NCBI GenBank assembly: GCA_963803915.1 | Contig: CAWDOL010000006.1 | Span: forward strand, 131,150-195,149 | From: Candidatus Aminicenantes bacterium | Lineage (GTDB): Bacteria; Acidobacteriota; Aminicenantia; Aminicenantales; UBA4085 | Length of the DNA stretch: 64,000 nt | Direction of reading: 5' to 3' | Shown here: one piece after another, positions 57,884 to 64,000 of the stretch | Position numbering within the stretch: position 1 is the first letter of the stretch | Layout: the number at the start of each line of letters is the position of its first letter | Translations under genes and position numbers: made by a program | The notes under the pieces: generated by a model | Seen by the model: only the letters and a program-made list of their open reading frames with translations | Database searches by the model: none | What the model was told of the DNA's origin: nothing

Positions 57884-59146
57884 ATGGCCTTCAAACCCTA
57901 CGAATCGGCGCTTCGCGAGCGGGTGGCGGGGTGGATCCATCAGTTCGGGCCGGCCGATATCCTGATCGGCATACCCTGTTACAACAACGAGGACACGATC
58001 GGGCATGTCATCGAGCAGGCCGCCCTGGGTCTGAGCCGGCACTTCCCCGGGCTGCGGAAAGCGATCCTCATCTCGGACGGGGGCAGCACGGACGACACTC
58101 GGGTCGTGGCCGAAAAAGCCGTCTGCCCCGAGGATGTCCGGCGGTTCATCTTCATCTACCGCGGCCTGCCCGGCAAGGGCACATCCTTCCGGGCCGTGTT
58201 CGAGGCCGCCCGGCTGATGAAGGCCCGGGCCGTCGCGGTCGTGGATTCCGACCTCCGCAGCATCACGCCCGACTGGATCAAGGCCCTGGTCGAGCCGGTC
58301 CTCGAGGACAAGGCCGACTTCGTCGCCCCCCTCTACAGACGCCACAAGTACGACGGCACGATCACCAACCACATCGTCTACCCGATGACCCGGGCCCTCT
58401 ACGGCCGCCGCATCCGGCAGCCGATCGGCGGCGACTTCGGATTCTCCGGCCGGATGGCCGAGATCTACCTGAGCAAGGACGTCTGGATGTCGGACGTGGC
58501 CCGCTTCGGGATCGACATCTGGATGACGACCGTGGCGCTCAACGAGGCCGGCCGGATCGGCCAGGCCAGCCTGGGCGTCAAGATCCACGACGCCAAAGAT
58601 CCCGGTGCCGACCTGGAGCTGATGTTTCGGCAGGTCGTCTCGACGCTCTTCTTTATGATGGGCAACTACGAGCCGAACTGGATCCAAGTCCAGGGCAGCC
58701 AGGACGTACCGCTCTTCCCGGGCCTGCCGACCCAGAACTCGGTGCCGCCGCTGAATGTCAATGAGAACCGGCTGCTTCGCGAGTTCTCCGAGGGCTTCGA
58801 ACAGTTCGGCTCTTTCTACCGGGAGATTCTGGCTGCCGAGCACAACGAGGGGCTGGCCGCCTCCGTCCGGCAGAAGGCCCAGGGCGGCCCCTTCCTCCTC
58901 GGGCCGGAGCTCTGGGCCGGCATCCTCTACGACTTCGCCTATACCTTCCACACCTGGTCGCGCAACCGCCATCAGCTGGTCGCCATCATGCTGCCCCTCT
59001 ACTTCGGGCGGATCGCCGCTTACGTGGAGGAAGTCAAGGGTATGGACGGGGAAGAGGCCGAAGCCGTAATCGAACGGCAGGCGCTGATCTTCGAGGAGCG
59101 GAAAGCCTATCTCAGGGGCAAGCTGGCCCGCTGGGAAGGGGTGTAG
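57884..59146 (+). CDS. GT2-type glycosyltransferase (possibly the second sugar-adding enzyme of the solute pathway)
   Basis: GGGAGG RBS. ILIGIPCYNNEDTIGHVIEQ, ILISDGGSTDDT, AVAVVDSDLRSITPDWI. Intact 420-aa ORF. Confidence 0.7.
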   Translation: MAFKPYESALRERVAGWIHQFGPADILIGIPCYNNEDTIGHVIEQAALGLSRHFPGLRKAILISDGGSTDDTRVVAEKAVCPEDVRRFIFIYRGLPGKGTSFRAVFEAARLMKARAVAVVDSDLRSITPDWIKALVEPVLEDKADFVAPLYRRHKYDGTITNHIVYPMTRALYGRRIRQPIGGDFGFSGRMAEIYLSKDVWMSDVARFGIDIWMTTVALNEAGRIGQASLGVKIHDAKDPGADLELMFRQVVSTLFFMMGNYEPNWIQVQGSQDVPLFPGLPTQNSVPPLNVNENRLLREFSEGFEQFGSFYREILAAEHNEGLAASVRQKAQGGPFLLGPELWAGILYDFAYTFHTWSRNRHQLVAIMLPLYFGRIAAYVEEVKGMDGEEAEAVIERQALIFEERKAYLRGKLARWEGV

Positions 59147-59201
59147 GCATCCCCGAACGGCTCGGGAGAGTCCTCCTTCGGCCGCGGCGAGGGCCTGGTT
59201 T

Positions 59202-60590
59202 TCAGAGCTTGTACAGGCTTCTCGCGTTCTGGTGCATGATCCGATCGGCCTCTTTCATGGCCTCGTCCCGGCTCAGCCAGCCTTCATCCACCAGCTCCGT
59301 TAAAGCTTGGGCGATCCCCTGCCGGGCGATCGAGGCATGCCCCGGGACAAGCTCCACGGGGATGTAATCCCCTCCGAAGGCGGAGATCTTGTTGGCCGGC
59401 GCCGTCACCAGGAACTGCTTAAGAAAATCCTTGGTCGCCAGCGGATCGATGATCCACGACCAGCACAAATCCATATAAGCGTTGGGGTAATGCTTGGCGA
59501 CGGCGAGCATCTCCTGCTGATAAGGGTAGCCGGCATGGAGGAGGACAAACCGGGTTTCCGGGGAATGCCGGCACAAGTCGCAAACGGCGGCCGGGTTTCC
59601 CCGGACTCTTCGCAGCGGCATCTGACGGTGGCCCGCGTAATAGCCCGTGTGGAGCTTGACGGGCAGGCCCATTTCGGTCGCCCGGCCCACGGCGTACCAG
59701 AACAGATGATCCTCCAGAGCCTTTTGCTCCGCCGGAGCCAGGGGCTCTTTTTGGAGCTTCTTCCGGAATGGTTTATCGGCTTCCTCGGCCGGGGTCGGGA
59801 CACAGTCCAGATCCCGATGGTAAGCCAGGGTCGATTTCACGGCCACGGCCTTCTTGCCGTAGGTCGAAATCCAATAATCGATCACCCGGTGCCAGTCCTC
59901 GAGCGACTTCACGGTCAGCCCCGCCTTGCGGGCGAATTCGGGGTCCCAGCCCTCTTCGATCATCCCGCTGATATGAAGGTCGCACTTGAGCAGGTCGGGC
60001 TGCTCCGATTCCAGGAAGGGCCAGAGATTGACCTGGCAGGATTCGATGTTGCCGACATCCCGAAGCAGACGCCGGTAGAAACCGGGCTTGATGGTCTCGT
60101 GATAAGCCGCCTGCAGCGTCTTGACGGTCTCTCCGGTCAAATCCTCGATCCCGTAGACCTCCTTGAGCGTACGCCGCACGTTGAGCCCGTACCCGGTATG
60201 CTTCACCAGAGGCCAGAGGGGCTCCAGCAGCCTCCATTTTTCGGCGGGACCCAGGTCGGTCCCGAAAAAGCGGTCATAATCGGCCTGACCCATTCCGGCG
60301 ACGGCAAGATCCGAGTCGAAATAATGGCTTAGAAGGAAAGTCCAGTCGTTGGCCTTGTCCCATATCGTGTCCTTGGCCCCGATCCGCTCCGACTCGTTCA
60401 TCAGATGCTCATGCGTGTCGATAAAGGGGGTTTCCGCCACTTTCTGGGCCAGGGTGTCGTTGCGACCGGAGCCTCTCGTCCGGCGTTCCGCCGCTTTGCA
60501 GGAGACACCGGCTCCCGTCAGTGACGCCGCGGTGAGCCCGAAGGCCGAGTACCGGAAGAAATCCCTACGCTTCAGGTCTTTCTGTTTCAT
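59202..60590 (-). CDS. amidohydrolase-2 (TIM-barrel metal-dependent hydrolase) family protein with Tat-type signal
   Basis: MKQKDLKRRDFFRYSAFGLTAASLTGA carries a twin-Arg motif. FIDTHEHL is the metal-binding HxH. LHTGYY and LLHAGYPY are also present. Confidence 0.7.
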   Translation of the reverse strand: MKQKDLKRRDFFRYSAFGLTAASLTGAGVSCKAAERRTRGSGRNDTLAQKVAETPFIDTHEHLMNESERIGAKDTIWDKANDWTFLLSHYFDSDLAVAGMGQADYDRFFGTDLGPAEKWRLLEPLWPLVKHTGYGLNVRRTLKEVYGIEDLTGETVKTLQAAYHETIKPGFYRRLLRDVGNIESCQVNLWPFLESEQPDLLKCDLHISGMIEEGWDPEFARKAGLTVKSLEDWHRVIDYWISTYGKKAVAVKSTLAYHRDLDCVPTPAEEADKPFRKKLQKEPLAPAEQKALEDHLFWYAVGRATEMGLPVKLHTGYYAGHRQMPLRRVRGNPAAVCDLCRHSPETRFVLLHAGYPYQQEMLAVAKHYPNAYMDLCWSWIIDPLATKDFLKQFLVTAPANKISAFGGDYIPVELVPGHASIARQGIAQALTELVDEGWLSRDEAMKEADRIMHQNARSLYKL

Positions 60591-60762
60591 GGGTGAAATG
60601 AGCCTCCCCGCACGCGCGGATCATAACACCGGCCCGAATGCCCAGACAAGCGGCCAAAAGCGCCTTGACATGTTCCCGGGCGGATGAATATGCTTCCCGC
60701 CGAGTCCATGATGCCGATCCCTTTCGGGACACCGGCTTATGATGCCCTTTAGGAGGTCGTCC

Positions 60763-63142
60763 ATGAACAAGCGCTCGCTTCGGACCATTTTCCCGTTGCT
60801 TCTCGTCCTGCTGTCCGCCCTGGCCTTGCAGGCGCAGACGCCTTGGCGGCCGGCCGCCCTCTCGGCCGCCGACTACGCCAAGGCCGAGAGAATGACCTCC
60901 TCCGCGCTGGCGCCGCTCGTCCTGCGGACGGGCGTGCGCCCGACTTGGCTCGCGGGAGAGCGCTTCTGGTACCGTGTCTCGACGGCCGCCAATTCGGCCG
61001 ACTTCGTCCTCGTCGACCCGGCCAAGAAGCGCAAGGCGTCCGCTTTCGATGCCGTCAAGCTTGCGGCCGCGCTGTCCAAAGCCGCCGGGAAGGCCTATAA
61101 GCCCGACTCGCTTCCGTTCTCGACCATCAACGTCTCGGCCGACGGCGGCACGGTCCTCTTCTCGGTCGACGGCAAGCGCTGGGCCTACGAGGCGAAGACC
61201 GGCGTTTGCCGGGAGGATAAAACGGCCGCCGCCGCCGCGGCACCGGCGATGGGCCCGGGCGCCGGCTTCGGCGCCTCGGCCGCGATCTCGCCCGACGGCA
61301 AGTGGACGGCCTTCATCAAGGACGACAACCTCTGGCTGAAGGAGACGGGGACAGGCGCGGAGAAGGCCCTGACGACCGACGGCGTCAAGGACTTCGGCTA
61401 CGCCACCGACAACGCCGGCTGGACCCGCAGCGACCGCCCGGTCCTGCTGTGGTCGCCCGATTCGAAGAAGATCGCCACCTTCCAACAGGACCAGCGCGGA
61501 GTGGGGGAGATGTACCTGGTCGAGACCAGGGTCGGCCATCCCGTCCTGCAGGCCTGGAAATACCCCCTGCCCGGCGACCCGGTCGTGACGACCATCCAGC
61601 GCGTGGTCATCCACATCGACGGTCCCAAGGTCGTGCGGCTGAAGATGAGCCCCGACCAGCACCGCTCCACCTTCAGCGACGACATCAAGGCCCGCGGCGG
61701 CGCCCTGGGCGACGCGGAGTGGAGCCCGGACGGCCGTAAGCTCGTCTTCGTCTCCTCCTCACGCGACCACAAGAAGGCCTGGGTCCGTTCGGCCGATCCC
61801 GAGACGGGCGAGGTCAAGGAGATTTTCGAAGAGACGGCGGCCACATACTTCGAGTCGGCGCACAGCGGGTCCAACTGGCGCTACCTGGGCGCTTCGGACG
61901 AGATTCTTTGGTTCTCCGAGCGCAGCGGCTGGGGCCAGCTCTACCTCTATGACGGCGCGACGGGCCGGCTCAAGAACGCCGTCACGACGGGCGAAGGCCT
62001 GGTCACCCAGATCGTGCGCCTGGACGAGAAGGCCCGCCGGCTCTGGTTCCTGGCCCAGGGCCGCGAGAAGGGCCGCGACCCCTACTTCCGCCACCTCTAC
62101 AGAGTCGGCTTGGACGGCAAGGGCCTGACGCTCCTGACTCCCGACAATGCCGACCACGAAGCGACTCTATCGCCGTCCGGGAAGTATGTCGTCGACGCCG
62201 CTTCGCGCCCGGATGTTCCCCCGACCACGACCCTACGGGACGAGCGACGGCAAGCTTCTCCTGACGCTGGAGAAGGCGGACATCTCGCCCTTGCTGGCCG
62301 CGGGCTGGAAGCCCTGCCTGCCGTTCACCGTCAAGGCCCGCGACGTCATGACCGACATCTATGGGCTGATGTTCCGGCCGACGGACTTCGACCCGAACAA
62401 GAAGTACCCCATCGTCATCAGCATCTACCCCGGCCCGCAGTCCGGCTCGATCGGAGGCCGCTCCTTCTCGCCCGTCCGGGGCGACACCCAGTCCCTGGCC
62501 GAGCTCGGGTTCATCGTCGTCCAGATCGACGGCATGGGCACGCCCGGCCGGTCCAAGGCCTTCCACGACGCCTACTACGCCAACATGGGCGACAACACGC
62601 TGCCCGACCAGGTGGCGGCGGTCAAGCAGCTGGCCGCGCAATATCCCTGGATCGACATCGACCGGGTCGGCATCTATGGCCATTCGGGCGGCGGGTACGC
62701 GGCCTGCGATGCCCTATTCCGCTATCCCGACTTCTTCAAGGTCGGCGTGTCCCAGGCCGGCAATCACGACCAGCGCGGCTATGAGGACGACTGGGGCGAG
62801 AAGTGGCAGGGCCTGCTGACCAAGAACGCCGACGGGACGACGAGCTATGACGACCAGGCCAACCAGAACCACGCCGCCAAGCTCAAGGGCAAGCTCCTGC
62901 TGGCCCACGGCACGATGGACGGCAACGTGCCGCCTTACCTGACGCTTCTCGTGGTGGACGCCCTGATCAAGGCCAACAAGGACTTCGACCTGATCCTCTT
63001 CCCGAACCGGAGCCACGGCTTCGGCGGCGAGCCGTACATGATCCGGCGGCGCTGGGACTATTTCGTCAAGCACCTGCTGGGCGCCGAACCGCCCAAGGAG
63101 TACACCCTCAAGCCGGCCGCCCCGCGCACGCCGGGACGATGA
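60763..63142 (+). pseudogene. second S9B/DPP-IV-family serine peptidase, 1 frameshift near 62235
   Basis: Signal peptide MNKRSLRTIFPLLLVLLSALALQAQ and propeller text paralogous to 40801-43464. After ...PPTTTLRD the frame shifts to ...SDGKLLLTLEKADI...GIYGHSGGGYAACDAL...AHGTMDGNVPP...NRSHGF. Confidence 0.8.
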
Positions 63143-63186
63143 AGGGACGCTGTCCGCAAAGAATCAGACTTGGAAATTGACGAATA

Positions 63187-63230
63187 AGCTCGATACCCAT
63201 AGAAAAAACATGCGTATCGAGCTATTTTGT
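63187..63230 (+). terminator. candidate intrinsic terminator
   Basis: 10-bp perfect stem AGCTCGATAC / GTATCGAGCT with a 17-nt A-rich loop, followed by ATTTTGT. Confidence 0.35.
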
Positions 63231-63298
63231 CCAGGAAAATAGAGCTGCCATCTTGCCGACGAACTTGATACACGGGTTAATCGCGGGAAAGGTGGGAA

Positions 63299-63384
63299 TG
63301 CCGAAGAGGGGACTCGAACCCCTATGAGCCGTTAGGCCCACCAGCCCCTCAAGCTGGCGTGTCTGCCAATTCCACCACTTCGGC
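63299..63384 (-). tRNA. tRNA-Leu (anticodon GAG), class II with long variable arm
   Basis: Reverse strand GCCGAAG-TG-GTG-GAATTGGCAGA-CAC-G-CCAGC-TTGAGGG-GCTGG-TGGGCCTAACGGCTCAT-AGGGG-TTCGAGT-CCCCT-CTTCGGC-A. Confidence 0.9.
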
Positions 63385-63400
63385 AATGGCCGTCGGACGG

Positions 63401-64000
<600 letters not shown>

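Overview
High-GC (about two-thirds G+C) bacterial chromosomal segment from a diderm-type organism, judged from its OmpA-like and beta-barrel outer-membrane proteins, a MacAB/Lol-type ABC operon and tpiA-secG. I support about 50 protein genes, 2 tRNAs (Arg-UCG, Leu-GAG), two adjacent degraded IS1634/IS4-family insertion sequences, a 5' fragment of a group II intron and two short repeat families (a 180-bp MITE-like element x2 and a nested-hairpin intergenic element x4). Functional content includes GH20 hexosaminidase, a MacAB-like efflux operon, truD, an M64 peptidase, a cluster of small stress or membrane proteins with a sigma54 activator, and two O-antigen-ligase-like proteins. It also includes an 8.4-kb cyclic beta-1,2-glucan synthase gene, two DPP-IV/S9 peptidases, a hybrid HK-REC-HD-GYP regulator, trpB2 and a glycosyl-glycerate-type compatible-solute cluster. 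The most interesting locus is 44025-47640 (minus strand). It holds an intact orphan reverse transcriptase that is not intron-, retron-, DGR- or CRISPR-like by motif or context. The RT is preceded by a sigma70-like promoter and a ~200-nt non-coding leader closed by 27-nt inverted arms, and it is translationally coupled (TGATG) to a 679-aa polytopic membrane protein. Other leads are a C39-like peptidase followed by twin 77-aa secreted peptides with a conserved GGG motif, and a leaderless 28-codon Trp-rich (WW) mini-ORF in front of trpB2. A third lead is a block-wise mosaic in which whole operons carry many frameshifts while neighbouring blocks are completely intact, with block borders at repeats. 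All calls come from reading the sequence and ORF translations by eye; no database search was possible.
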